A stretch of DNA of 64,000 bases from an uncultured delta proteobacterium. GTDB lineage: Bacteria; Desulfobacterota; Binatia; Binatales; Binataceae. Every line of letters begins with the position of its first letter. Within the stretch, counting starts at the first letter, position 1. Shown piece by piece: positions 30,179-39,051 of this stretch. Both the position numbers and the translations under genes were made by a program. The notes below the pieces were generated by a model that worked only from the letters and a program-made list of their open reading frames with translations, searched no databases and was not told the origin of the DNA. Location: positions 2,784,001 through 2,848,000 of the forward strand of contig CAWJET010000001.1 in NCBI GenBank assembly GCA_963842085.1. Direction: 5' to 3'.

Positions 30179-30424
30179 ATGGCGTCCTCAATGGCATCCT
30201 CGGAAGAAATCCTCACCATCTCGGAGTTGTCGGAGCATCTGCGCGTCCATCCGACTACGATTTACCGGTTGCTCCGCGAAGGACGAATACCCGGCTTCCG
30301 CGTCGGCAGCGCGTGGCGATTCAGCCGTGCGGCGATCGAAATATGGGAGCACGGGCAAATCGATCCAATCGACGAAGATTCCGCGCGCACGCGCAAAGCC
30401 AAAGGCCGCAAGCCTCGCAAGTAG
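30179..30424 (+). CDS. Excisionase-like HTH (HTH_17) DNA-binding protein
   Basis: ILTISELSEHLRVHPTTIYRLLREGRIPGFRVGSAWRF; basic tail; GGAGG RBS. Confidence 0.9.
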   Translation: MASSMASSEEILTISELSEHLRVHPTTIYRLLREGRIPGFRVGSAWRFSRAAIEIWEHGQIDPIDEDSARTRKAKGRKPRK

Positions 30425-30471
30425 CCCGCGCAGTATTCACGGCGCGCTTGTTTTTCTGTCATTCTCGACAG

Positions 30472-31287
30472 GTGGACTCCAACGAAGGCGAGCCCGCGCG
30501 GCATCGCCCACATTCACAAATAGCAGCGTACTTCGTCCGTTTAGCCGACACTTACGGTGACGGCGCATACTACGGAAATCGGCGGCGCGCAGTGCTCGAG
30601 TCGATCGCGGGCGAAGTGGCGCAGGCGCGCGACGTGCTCGACGTCGGATGCGGCAACGGCGCGTATCTCGCGAACTTTGCGCAGGTGCCTGGAAATCGCC
30701 GGGTGACCGGCGCCGACATGTCAATCGACATGCTGTTGTCAGCGCGCAATCGGGTCGGTGCGAAATGCCGCCTGCTCCGCGCGGACGCGTCGCGACTGCC
30801 GTTCAAGCCGGAGTCGTTCGATTTGGTCTTCGCGAGCCACGTGCTTCAGTTCGTTGCCGATACCGATCTCGATGGCGTCGTGGCGGAGATCGCGCGATGC
30901 CTGCAGCATCCCGGGGTGCTAATCGCGACCGGGCAGCGTGACGACAGCGTTCGGCAGATGCTGAGCGCGATCGTCGGGCCGGAGCGCTGGCGCGAATATC
31001 GCGAGGTAATCTTCCGGCGCGCGCCGCGCCGCGAAGCCGATGCGCGTCCCAAGGATCGCTACCAGCAGGCGTTCGCCAAGGCCGGTCTGCGCGTCGAGGA
31101 ACGTGCCGCGCGGTTTACGGTCACGTGGCCGGATATCGCAGAGTGGATCCGGCTCAGATGGATCGCACTGATCCCCGACGCCGAGCGTGATCGGGCCGAT
31201 GCGATGCTGGTGGAACTCGCGAAGGCGGGTGCGCCGCGGAGTTTGACCCTGCACGAGCCGCTGATCCTCGGCCGGCGGGATAGCTGA
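30472..31287 (+). CDS. Class I SAM-dependent methyltransferase
   Basis: VLDVGCGNG, GADMSIDML, ADASRLPFKPESFDLV. GTG start chosen to avoid overlap with the HTH gene; start uncertain. Confidence 0.85.
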   Translation: MDSNEGEPARHRPHSQIAAYFVRLADTYGDGAYYGNRRRAVLESIAGEVAQARDVLDVGCGNGAYLANFAQVPGNRRVTGADMSIDMLLSARNRVGAKCRLLRADASRLPFKPESFDLVFASHVLQFVADTDLDGVVAEIARCLQHPGVLIATGQRDDSVRQMLSAIVGPERWREYREVIFRRAPRREADARPKDRYQQAFAKAGLRVEERAARFTVTWPDIAEWIRLRWIALIPDAERDRADAMLVELAKAGAPRSLTLHEPLILGRRDS

Positions 31288-31299
31288 GCGCGCGGCCGT

Positions 31300-31318
31300 T
31301 TGACAAGCGCGCGGTCAA
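31300..31318 (+). promoter_or_regulatory. TTGACA -35 box within a TTGAC-N9-GTCAA palindrome
   Basis: TTGACAAGCGCGCGGTCAA, 25 bp upstream of the hydrolase start. Confidence 0.45.
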
Positions 31319-31343
31319 CCTAATACCTAACCCTCAAAAGCAC

Positions 31344-32186
31344 ATGGCGGAGAGTTTCGCGCCGATGCCAACGCAAACGAAATACACCGAGGTTAAGGGA
31401 TACGCGACTTACTATTACTACAGCGGCGCGACGACGCTGCCGGACGTGGTGCCGGACTTCTCGCGCGGCCGCAAAATTTTGTTCGTCCACGGCGCGGGCT
31501 CGAACGGCCACACGTGGCATCGGCAGATCGACGCGTTCGGCGGCAAGCACAGTCCGATCGCGCTCGACCTGCCCGGGCATGGCCGTTCGGCGGGCGTCGA
31601 GGGGCTGCGCACGGTTCACGACTACGCCGATTTCGTCGCCGCGTTTCTCGATGCGCTGAAGATCAAGTCGGCGGTGATACTGGGGCACTCGATGGGCGGC
31701 GCGATCGCGATGGATCTCGCGCTGCGGCATGCCGCGCGCGTCGAGGCCCTGATTCTCAGTTGCACGGCGGCGAAGTTTAACCTCACGCCCGATCGAATCG
31801 AGGCGCTGCGGGCGATCACGATGGGCCGTGCGCCGCAGGCCTTCAACACCGACGGCTACTCGCCCAAGACGGTGAAAGAAAACTTCGACGTCGTGCGCGA
31901 AGGCTGGATGGAGCAAATCAAGACCGACCCGCGCGTGCGCTATACCGACATCCTGGCGTGCTCGCAGGTCGATTTGCGCGACGCAATCGCGAAAATCGAC
32001 AAGCCGGCGCTGGTGCTCGCGGGCGCCGACGACAAGGGCACCACGCCGACCGACGCGGAGTTTATCGCGGGCAAAATTCGCGGCGCGACCGCCAGGATTA
32101 TCGCGGACGCCGGCCATCTCATCCCGCGCGAGCGTCCCGCCGAGTACAACGCCGCCATCGAACAGTTCATCACCGGACTGAAGTAG
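31344..32186 (+). CDS. Alpha/beta hydrolase
   Basis: FVHGAG, DLPGHG, GHSMGG nucleophile elbow, GADD, AGH. Confidence 0.93.
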   Translation: MAESFAPMPTQTKYTEVKGYATYYYYSGATTLPDVVPDFSRGRKILFVHGAGSNGHTWHRQIDAFGGKHSPIALDLPGHGRSAGVEGLRTVHDYADFVAAFLDALKIKSAVILGHSMGGAIAMDLALRHAARVEALILSCTAAKFNLTPDRIEALRAITMGRAPQAFNTDGYSPKTVKENFDVVREGWMEQIKTDPRVRYTDILACSQVDLRDAIAKIDKPALVLAGADDKGTTPTDAEFIAGKIRGATARIIADAGHLIPRERPAEYNAAIEQFITGLK

Positions 32187-32195
32187 GAATTCGAG

Positions 32196-33359
32196 ATGAG
32201 TTTAAGCCGCAAGACCGCAGTCGCCGGAGTATTCGAGCATCCCACCCGCTTCGCGCCGGACAAAAGCCTGTTTCAGATAATGGCGGAGAGCGTGCGTGGC
32301 GCGCTGGACGACGCCGGCTTGACGATCAAGGACGTGAACGGGTTGTGCACGACCGGAATCGGCTTGAGTGGGATGGGAATCGTCGGCTTCTGCGACTACC
32401 TGAACCTGACGCCGAACTTCGTTGACTCGACTTCTATAGGCGGGTCGTCGTTCGTCGCGCACACCGCTCACGCCGCCGCCGCGATCCACGCCGGGATGTG
32501 CGATGTATGCCTCGTGGTCTATGGCTCGACGGCGGCCTCGTCGCGGTTCGCGATTGGCACGGGCGGCGGGGGCGGCGGCGGAGGCGATCCGTGCGACCAG
32601 TACGAGATTCCGTTCGGCCCGACTACGGTTGGGTCGTACGCGATGGTCGCGCAGCGGCATATGCATGACTACGGCACGACCTCCGAGCAGCTCGCCGAGA
32701 TAGCAGTCACGATGCGGCTGCATGCGTCGATGAATCCGGCCGCGAAGTATCGCGACCCGATCACGGTGGAAGATGTGCTCGCGTCGCGAATCATCTCGTC
32801 GCCGCTGCATCTGCTCGATTGCTGCATCATCAGCGACGGCGGTGGCGCGCTGGTGATCACCTCGGCGGAGCGGGCACGCGACCTGAAGAAGAAGCCGGTC
32901 TACATCCTCGGCACAGGCGAGACGGTGCGGCACGCGGCGCGTGGGCAGCGCGACTTTCTGGAGATCGCGGCGGCGCAATCGGGGCGGCTGGCGTTCGAGC
33001 GCGCGGGCGTAGCGCACAAAGACATCGACATGGCGATGATCTACGACTCGTTTACGATCACCGTGCTGTCCACGCTGGAGAATCTCGGCTTCTGCAAGCG
33101 CGGCGAGGGCGGGACGTTCGTGTCGGGCGGGCGGCTGCGCTTCGACGGCGAGTTTCCGATCAACACCGACGGCGGCGGTCTGTCGTCGAACCATCCAGGG
33201 ATGCGCGGAATCTTCCTGGTGATCGAGGCGACCAGGCAACTGCGCGGCGAATGCGGGCCGCGGCAGGTCAAGGACTGCAAAATCGCGCTCGCGCACGGCA
33301 CCGGCGGCACGCTCGGCACCCGGCATTCGGGCGCGACGCTTATCCTCAGCAATCAGTAA
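32196..33359 (+). CDS. Thiolase-fold protein (SCP-x/Ltp2-like) lacking the acylated Cys
   Basis: PLHLLDCCIISDGGGA, IYDSFT, NTDGGGLSSNHPG; IGGSS at the position of the thiolase nucleophile. Confidence 0.9.
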   Translation: MSLSRKTAVAGVFEHPTRFAPDKSLFQIMAESVRGALDDAGLTIKDVNGLCTTGIGLSGMGIVGFCDYLNLTPNFVDSTSIGGSSFVAHTAHAAAAIHAGMCDVCLVVYGSTAASSRFAIGTGGGGGGGGDPCDQYEIPFGPTTVGSYAMVAQRHMHDYGTTSEQLAEIAVTMRLHASMNPAAKYRDPITVEDVLASRIISSPLHLLDCCIISDGGGALVITSAERARDLKKKPVYILGTGETVRHAARGQRDFLEIAAAQSGRLAFERAGVAHKDIDMAMIYDSFTITVLSTLENLGFCKRGEGGTFVSGGRLRFDGEFPINTDGGGLSSNHPGMRGIFLVIEATRQLRGECGPRQVKDCKIALAHGTGGTLGTRHSGATLILSNQ

Positions 33360-33380
33360 CTCGAGGGCGGACGAAAAATC

Positions 33381-33809
33381 ATGGCGGAACAGACCCCAGC
33401 GAAGAAATACTCGAAGCCACTACCGCATCTCGACGAAGAAAACCGCCCCTGGTGGGAGGCTCTTCAGCGGCACGAACTGTACATCCAGAAATGCCGCAAG
33501 TGCGGCGACGTTCGCTACTATCCGCGCGCGTTATGCACCAACTGCCTGTCGTCGGATACGCAATGGATCAAGTGCAGCGGGCGCGGCAAGCTCTATACCT
33601 TCACCACGACCTATCAGAACCAGGCGCCGGGCTTTCGCGAATCGCTGCCTTACATCATGGCCTATGTCGAATTGGACGAGGGCGTGAAAATGCTCACGAA
33701 CATTGTCGACTGCGCGCCGGATCAGGTTAAAATAGGCATGCCTGTCGAGGTCGTATACGAGGATGTCACGCCCGCGGTGACGCTCGCGAAATTTCGCCCG
33801 GCGAGGTGA
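33381..33809 (+). CDS. DUF35 Zn-ribbon/OB-fold acyl-CoA-binding protein
   Basis: CRKC...YPRALCTNC, VELDEGVKMLTNIV, IGMPVEVVYE. Confidence 0.93.
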   Translation: MAEQTPAKKYSKPLPHLDEENRPWWEALQRHELYIQKCRKCGDVRYYPRALCTNCLSSDTQWIKCSGRGKLYTFTTTYQNQAPGFRESLPYIMAYVELDEGVKMLTNIVDCAPDQVKIGMPVEVVYEDVTPAVTLAKFRPAR

Positions 33810-33822
33810 GGGCTCAATCCTG

Positions 33823-34506
33823 GTGAGTACAATCCTTGATCTGCACTCGCATAGCGAAGCATCGGAAGACAGCCGCGCACCGGTAGAGGCGTACCTCAAC
33901 TGGATCAAGCTGCGTGCGACCGAGCGGCCGGTCGACGGAATCGTCTTGACCGAGCATCGCCAGTTCAATCGCGACGCCGACTACCGCGCGCTCGAGGACA
34001 AGTTCGGCACACTCGTGCTGCGCGCGTCGGAAGTCGAGACCAACTACGGACACATGCTGGTGTTCGGCGTGAACGACGACATGGTCAAGCGATTCGATTT
34101 TGCCGACGTGCGGCTCGACGCGCAGACACTGATCAACGAAGTGGCGCGGATGGGCGGAATCGTCGTCCCGTGTCATCCGGGGCGCCCCAATATCGGGCTC
34201 TACGAGCATTACCAGAGCAAAGGGCCCCTGGAGAATGTAGTCGCGGTCGAGGCGCTGAACGGCGGATCGCGCAAAGGCGAGGACGAGCGCAGCGCGGAAC
34301 TGATCGCGAAGTACGGGTTTGCCGCGACCGGCGGCTCCGACAGCCACCTGGTCAGCCTGATCGGACTGTGCGCGACGAAGTTCAGCGCCGACATCAAGAC
34401 GATCGACGACCTGGTGCGGGAATTGAAAACCCGCAACTACGAACCGGTCGATTTCCGGCCGCGGCGCAAAGCCGTGCCGCACGCGGTCGCGATGGAAACC
34501 AGGTAA
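33823..34506 (+). CDS. PHP-domain metal-dependent phosphoesterase
   Basis: DLHSHS..S.DS, LTEH, GH, HP, GGSDSH. Confidence 0.9.
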   Translation: MSTILDLHSHSEASEDSRAPVEAYLNWIKLRATERPVDGIVLTEHRQFNRDADYRALEDKFGTLVLRASEVETNYGHMLVFGVNDDMVKRFDFADVRLDAQTLINEVARMGGIVVPCHPGRPNIGLYEHYQSKGPLENVVAVEALNGGSRKGEDERSAELIAKYGFAATGGSDSHLVSLIGLCATKFSADIKTIDDLVRELKTRNYEPVDFRPRRKAVPHAVAMETR

Positions 34507-34522
34507 TAGCGAGACGATAACG

Positions 34523-34969
34523 ATGGCAGTCGATTACGATCCAGCCCTGATCAACAAGGTCTTCGAAGTGACCGAGCCCGTCGAGGTCAAGGCCGACAAG
34601 ATCAAACGGTACTGCGCGGCGCTTGGCGAGACCAATCCGATCTACACGGACGAGGAAGCGGCGAAGAAGGGGCCGTACGGGGGAATCGTCGCACCGCCGT
34701 CGTTCGCGGTCACGTTTCGCAACGGGCGGCATTTCTTCGAGAACGTGCCGCGCTTCGGACGCCGCGGTTTCGACGCCGGCAAGGACGTCGAGTTCGTGTC
34801 GCCGATAAGGCCGGGCGACAAGGTGACGCTGAGCTCGCACGTGAAGGAAATTTACGAGAAGACCGGACGGACCGGCACGATGGTGTTCGTCGTAATCCGC
34901 TCGACGCTGAAGAACCAGAAGGACGAAGTGCTGGCCCATATCGACCATCGCTTCATGAACCGCACTTGA
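34523..34969 (+). CDS. MaoC-like (hot-dog) dehydratase, N-terminal/HadA-type subunit
   Basis: GETNPIYTDEEAAKKGPYGGIVAPPSF, PIRPGD. Confidence 0.88.
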   Translation: MAVDYDPALINKVFEVTEPVEVKADKIKRYCAALGETNPIYTDEEAAKKGPYGGIVAPPSFAVTFRNGRHFFENVPRFGRRGFDAGKDVEFVSPIRPGDKVTLSSHVKEIYEKTGRTGTMVFVVIRSTLKNQKDEVLAHIDHRFMNRT

Positions 34970-35385
34970 ACAGTTTCGAAGAGATCAAGATCGGCGACAC
35001 GCTCGGCCCGCTCGAGCTGTTCGTGAGCAAGGATCAGTGCCGCGCGTACGCGAAAACGATGGGCATGGGCGAGGGCGCGGGCCGCTTCACCGACGACGAA
35101 GCGGCGAAGAAAGAAGGGCTGCCCGGGATGATCATTCCGGGCAACATGAGCCTGGGCCTGCTCTCGAAGCTGGTGACGGATTGGATCGGGTCGAACAACG
35201 CGTGGCTGACGCAGATGAGCACGACCTACCGGGTGCCGGTGCAGCCCGATCACACGATCACGATTCACGGCTTTATCACCAACAAGAATCCCGCAGCTCG
35301 CACCGCCGAGATCGACGTGTGGATAGAGAACGAGGAAGCGGAGCGCCTCGTCACCGGGACCGCAACCGTCGAGTTCAGAAAGTAG
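34966..35385 (+). CDS. MaoC-like (hot-dog) dehydratase subunit
   Basis: IKIGDTL, FTDDEAAKKEGLPGMIIPG. TTG start overlaps the previous stop. Confidence 0.85.
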   Translation: MNSFEEIKIGDTLGPLELFVSKDQCRAYAKTMGMGEGAGRFTDDEAAKKEGLPGMIIPGNMSLGLLSKLVTDWIGSNNAWLTQMSTTYRVPVQPDHTITIHGFITNKNPAARTAEIDVWIENEEAERLVTGTATVEFRK

Positions 35386-35401
35386 CCGGCAGGATCGCGC
35401 G

Positions 35402-35695
35402 CTACCGCATCCCCCCTATCAGCAATGGGCCGTGGCCCGGAGTCTGGAGCGGCAGCGCCGGGTTTCTCGGATACGGCGTAGTGTCTTCCTGCATCTCGGG
35501 ATTCGTCGGGGCATTCGATTCCAATCCGTAGGGAGCTGCTCCCAGCGGCTTGGTCTGCGCCATCTGCATACACCACGGGTGCGGATTGCCGGCAGCGCAC
35601 GCCTGAACCTGCTGCACGGTCTGATTGCCGGGCGTGCATCCGGTTGCGATCAGCAGGATCGACAGCGCGATTGTGGTCAATGCCAGCTTCTGCAT
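35402..35695 (-). CDS. Small Pro-rich lipoprotein
   Basis: Signal peptide ending IATG-C; two further Cys; AAAGGTG RBS. Confidence 0.6.
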   Translation of the reverse strand: MQKLALTTIALSILLIATGCTPGNQTVQQVQACAAGNPHPWCMQMAQTKPLGAAPYGLESNAPTNPEMQEDTTPYPRNPALPLQTPGHGPLLIGGMR

Positions 35696-35827
35696 CGGTT
35701 CACCTTTCTCGACTGGGAACGTCTGTCGGGACCGGCGCGGAGGACTCGGACACGATCACAACTATTAGTGTGCCTGCGAGGACGCAAGCAGGAATTTGCG
35801 GCGAGGGGGGAATTGATTTTAGGGAAT

Positions 35828-36170
35828 TTAACTTTCCGCAGACGAAGCGATCCGCTCTAGAGCCAGAATCAACGGCGGCAAGTCGTGGCTGACGATCTGC
35901 CATAGGATTTCGAAGTCCACCGAGTCGTAGCCGTGAATCAGCCGGTTGCGCAGTCCTACAATCTGGGCCCACGGTATGTCGCTGAGTGCGCTCGTCCAGC
36001 GGCGTCCTGCTCGCAGCTTCTCCTACGATTTCCAACAATCGGACAAGGGCGAGGTTCAGCATGCGATTGGTGCGGAGATCGTCGCGCGTCTTCCCCTTCG
36101 CCATCGCAACCGCTTCGCGCGCGTGATCGAGCATGTGCCGAAGTCGCACCACGCTTTCATCGTGCGACAT
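35828..36170 (-). pseudogene. hepT: HepT/DUF86 HEPN RNase toxin, frameshifted
   Basis: N-half RLRHMLDHAREA...LEIVGEAA is in one frame. C-half DIPWAQIVGLRNRLIHGYDSVDFEILWQIVSHDLP is in another frame ending at TAA 35830-35828. Shift near 35980-35990. Confidence 0.85.
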
Positions 36171-36459
36171 ATTGGACCTCGGCGTCGGCGAGAACTCGGT
36201 CGCGGAAGTGTCTGCTCAAAAATTCGGGAGTGTTAAGGTCGACGGTCCGACCCAAAATACCCGACAATTCGTCCTGCATCGCGAAGAAGTCCAAGCCGGG
36301 AACGTGTCCGGACTCGAATTCCACGATCACGTCCACGTCGCTATCTGGGAGAAAATCGTCGCGCAGAACCGAGCCAAAGAGCGCGAGCCTGCGGATGTGG
36401 TGGCGTCGGCAGAAACTGCGAACCCGTTCCGCAGGTACGTCAATTTTCGCGCGTCCCAT
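36157..36459 (-). CDS. mntA: Minimal nucleotidyltransferase antitoxin (MntA-like)
   Basis: LFGSVLRDDFLPDSDVD (GS-x10-DxD), LGRTVDL. Overlaps the hepT start. Confidence 0.9.
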   Translation of the reverse strand: MGRAKIDVPAERVRSFCRRHHIRRLALFGSVLRDDFLPDSDVDVIVEFESGHVPGLDFFAMQDELSGILGRTVDLNTPEFLSRHFRDRVLADAEVQYVAR

Positions 36460-36556
36460 CTCCAATATCCCGCGCTGAAGGCAGATTAACTCGCTTAAAT
36501 CTCCCAAACACATGCTATCGATTTCGACTACTGATCGCTATCGAAGAAGTGAAACT

Positions 36557-37702
36557 TCAGACGGCGCGGAGTTCGGTTGAGATGTCGCCGCGGGTGGCGA
36601 GAGCTGCCGGGATGAAGCCGCTGGCCGCTCCGATCGCGGCGGCTATCAGAAAGCTGTAGGCGATGATTCGCGGTTCCAGCGTCATGGCGAGCGCCAGCGG
36701 GCCGAGCGCTCCGGCGACGTGCGGCAACAGGTCGAAGCCGCAGTACGCCAGGGCGCATCCGAGCACGCCGCCGGTCACGCCTACTATCAGTCCCTCGACC
36801 AGGACTCGCGCAACGATCGAGTTGCGCGTGAATCCAATCGCGCGCATCACTGCCATTTCGTGCCGCCGCTCCCGCACCCCCATCGCGGCCGTGTTGGCGG
36901 CGACCAGCGCGATCGTGAACATGACGATCGCCGCGAGAAATTTTGCGCCGTTAAGCATGAGGCTCAGGTTGCTGCCGATTTCGTTCTTGATCAGCGCGAC
37001 TTCAGTTTCGGTGGCCGTCTCGTTCGCCGAATTGGCGAACATTTCGTCGATTGCCGCGATCACCTCGGGCGCCGATTGAGAGCGGTCTATTTTCACCCAG
37101 AACAGGTTGGCGGTGCCGGGTCTGCCCAGCAGTTCTTCCATGTAGTCGCGCCGGAAAATAATGCGGGGGCCGGCGGCTTCCTCGTTCAGCACGCCGACGA
37201 TTGTCAGCTGCAGATCGACCGGATACATCGTGCCGCGCAGCATGATCGTCTGGCCGACTTTCCAGTCATAGACCTTCATCAGGTTGGTGGCGACGAGAGC
37301 CGCCGTGCGCAGGCTTTCGAATTCGTGTTCGGTTTCCGCGTTAACATCCCAATCGGGAAAGATGTCGCGGATGTGGTCGTCGTCCACCGCGAGAACGCCG
37401 AGCTGCTGGTTGGGGTCCTGGTAGGTTGCCATGAAGACGCTGTAGGCCGCGACCGCCTGGACGTGCGGCAGGGTTTCGATGCGCCGGCGGTAAGACTCGG
37501 GCAGCATGTAGAGGAGGCTGGCTTTGCTGTGGCAGATGAGGCGCAGCGAGTTGGCACGGTCGCGCAAGACCTGGTTGAGCAGCCCGGGCAAGCTGATCAA
37601 CGACGCGAAGATGAACACCGAGACGGTGATCGACAGGGTGGTGAGAATGGTGCGGCGCTTGTTGCGAGTGAGGTTTCGGAGCACGAGGGACAGGTAGTTC
37701 AT
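36557..37702 (-). CDS. ABC transporter permease (MacB/FtsX type)
   Basis: LRNLTRNKRRTILT, large periplasmic domain, ERRHEMAVMRAIGF, 4 TM segments. Confidence 0.9.
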   Translation of the reverse strand: MNYLSLVLRNLTRNKRRTILTTLSITVSVFIFASLISLPGLLNQVLRDRANSLRLICHSKASLLYMLPESYRRRIETLPHVQAVAAYSVFMATYQDPNQQLGVLAVDDDHIRDIFPDWDVNAETEHEFESLRTAALVATNLMKVYDWKVGQTIMLRGTMYPVDLQLTIVGVLNEEAAGPRIIFRRDYMEELLGRPGTANLFWVKIDRSQSAPEVIAAIDEMFANSANETATETEVALIKNEIGSNLSLMLNGAKFLAAIVMFTIALVAANTAAMGVRERRHEMAVMRAIGFTRNSIVARVLVEGLIVGVTGGVLGCALAYCGFDLLPHVAGALGPLALAMTLEPRIIAYSFLIAAAIGAASGFIPAALATRGDISTELRAV

Positions 37703-37732
37703 GGCGCGAACTTAATTGTAGTGAAAGCCGCC

Positions 37733-37760
37733 GTAGGTTTGCAGGGGTGACCCTGCACCC
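37733..37760. repeat. Short palindromic REP-like element
   Basis: GTAGGTTT-GCAGGGGTGACCCTGC; second copy at 63139. Confidence 0.5.
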
Positions 37761-37806
37761 AACGCTAAGAAAATTGGCACCTCTGCGGGATCAGGACGGG
37801 GAGAGG

Positions 37807-38358
37807 CTACACCAGGAGGGAGCCGCGGAAGGGTTCGTCCCTTGGCGGGGGGAATTGGAGCAGGTTGATGGCCCATTTGCGGGCCTGGCGCAGCGCGTCC
37901 TCGGCGCGACGGAAGATTCGCTCGCGATACATCACCGACCACACGTAGGCGTCGACGGAGGGCTCGTCGCCGAGCGTTATGTCGAGCATCCAGTCCTGGA
38001 GTTGCGGTCCGCAGATTAGCAGGCGCACTACGCGGCCGTGATCGATCACGATTCCGCGCGCCTCGCGCGGGATGCGAAACTCGTCCTTGACGCGCTTGAT
38101 GACATTGGCCGGGGCGTGCTGCTCGGTCATCGCGACGTAGGCCCAATCGCCCTGCGGAGGATTGGCCGCGCGCGCGATGCGGAGGTTGTTGTCGGTCAAG
38201 TCTTCCTTGGCGCGATCCTGGTCGTAATCGCGCGCGACCTGGTAAAAGGCCATCGCGACCGGCAACTGCGGCATCTCGGTTTCCGACTTGGCCCGCTTGG
38301 GTTTCTTGAAGGTGGTTTCGACCCACCAGCGGTTTTCGACGTTGGGCTTCTGCGGCAT
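37807..38358 (-). CDS. Hypothetical protein
   Basis: 183 aa with protein-like composition; ATG overlaps the upstream TGA (TGATG). Confidence 0.7.
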   Translation of the reverse strand: MPQKPNVENRWWVETTFKKPKRAKSETEMPQLPVAMAFYQVARDYDQDRAKEDLTDNNLRIARAANPPQGDWAYVAMTEQHAPANVIKRVKDEFRIPREARGIVIDHGRVVRLLICGPQLQDWMLDITLGDEPSVDAYVWSVMYRERIFRRAEDALRQARKWAINLLQFPPPRDEPFRGSLLV

Positions 38359-38951
38359 CAGGCGACCCGGCGAGCTTTGCGGCTGGCGCCACGGGCGGAG
38401 CGCCGCGATTTTCGCGCGATCGAAATACGCGGGCGGCGCCTGCGGATACGATTTGCGGCGCGGCGCGTGCTCGAGATTCCCGTGCGGGCCCGCGAGCGCG
38501 CGACACGCCGGCGGACGCGACCCCTAAGCCCGGTTACCATCCGGCGCGAGAACAAGTCCGCCTTGCGCTCGGGGTCGCTCCAGAGCAGGAAGTGGCCCAT
38601 CTCGTGGTAGATCATCTGAATCCACTTGCGCTCGGTGAAATAAATGCGTCCGCGTTTCCAGTTTTCGGGATGCACGAGATGGATGCGGCCGTCTTCGTAA
38701 GTGCGACCGGCGGTCTTGCCCCAATCGATGTACTCGAACCATTGTATGCGCGGGCGGCGCAGTTTGAAGTACCGGCACATCGTGGAGATGGCGCGGTTGA
38801 AATGTGCGGCGCGATGGCCGCGAAAAAATTCGGCAAGGTTGCGATCAATTTCGCGGCGATGAGCGACAGGAGGAACAATCATTCGCACGAGCAGGCGACC
38901 TCCGGGAGACAGGTGACCAGGATCATACGGAGGCGCGTCGATCAGAGTCAA
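38358..38951 (-). CDS. HExxH-containing hypothetical protein (small zincin-like) with Arg-rich tail
   Basis: AGRTYEDGRIHL...IYHEMGHFL...ERKADLFS; very basic C-terminus. Start uncertain. Confidence 0.7.
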   Translation of the reverse strand: MTLIDAPPYDPGHLSPGGRLLVRMIVPPVAHRREIDRNLAEFFRGHRAAHFNRAISTMCRYFKLRRPRIQWFEYIDWGKTAGRTYEDGRIHLVHPENWKRGRIYFTERKWIQMIYHEMGHFLLWSDPERKADLFSRRMVTGLRGRVRRRVARSRARTGISSTRRAANRIRRRRPRISIARKSRRSARGASRKARRVA

Positions 38952-39051
38952 ACCAAGCCGGTGAAATGCCGGTTTATACCGACGTTTGATTGCTCCGAAA
39001 GTTCAAAATCGCCTGTCAGGAACCGGTTTGATGCGTTTCGGCAATTTGACG

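Noticed and set aside
30179-30424. Excisionase-like gene as a prophage or ICE marker
   Set aside because: No integrase, att-like repeat, tRNA or phage genes nearby; neighbours are metabolic genes.
35700-36170. 156-aa ORF as an intact protein
   Set aside because: Its C-terminal part is out-of-frame read-through of the frameshifted hepT; the HEPN motif lies in another frame.
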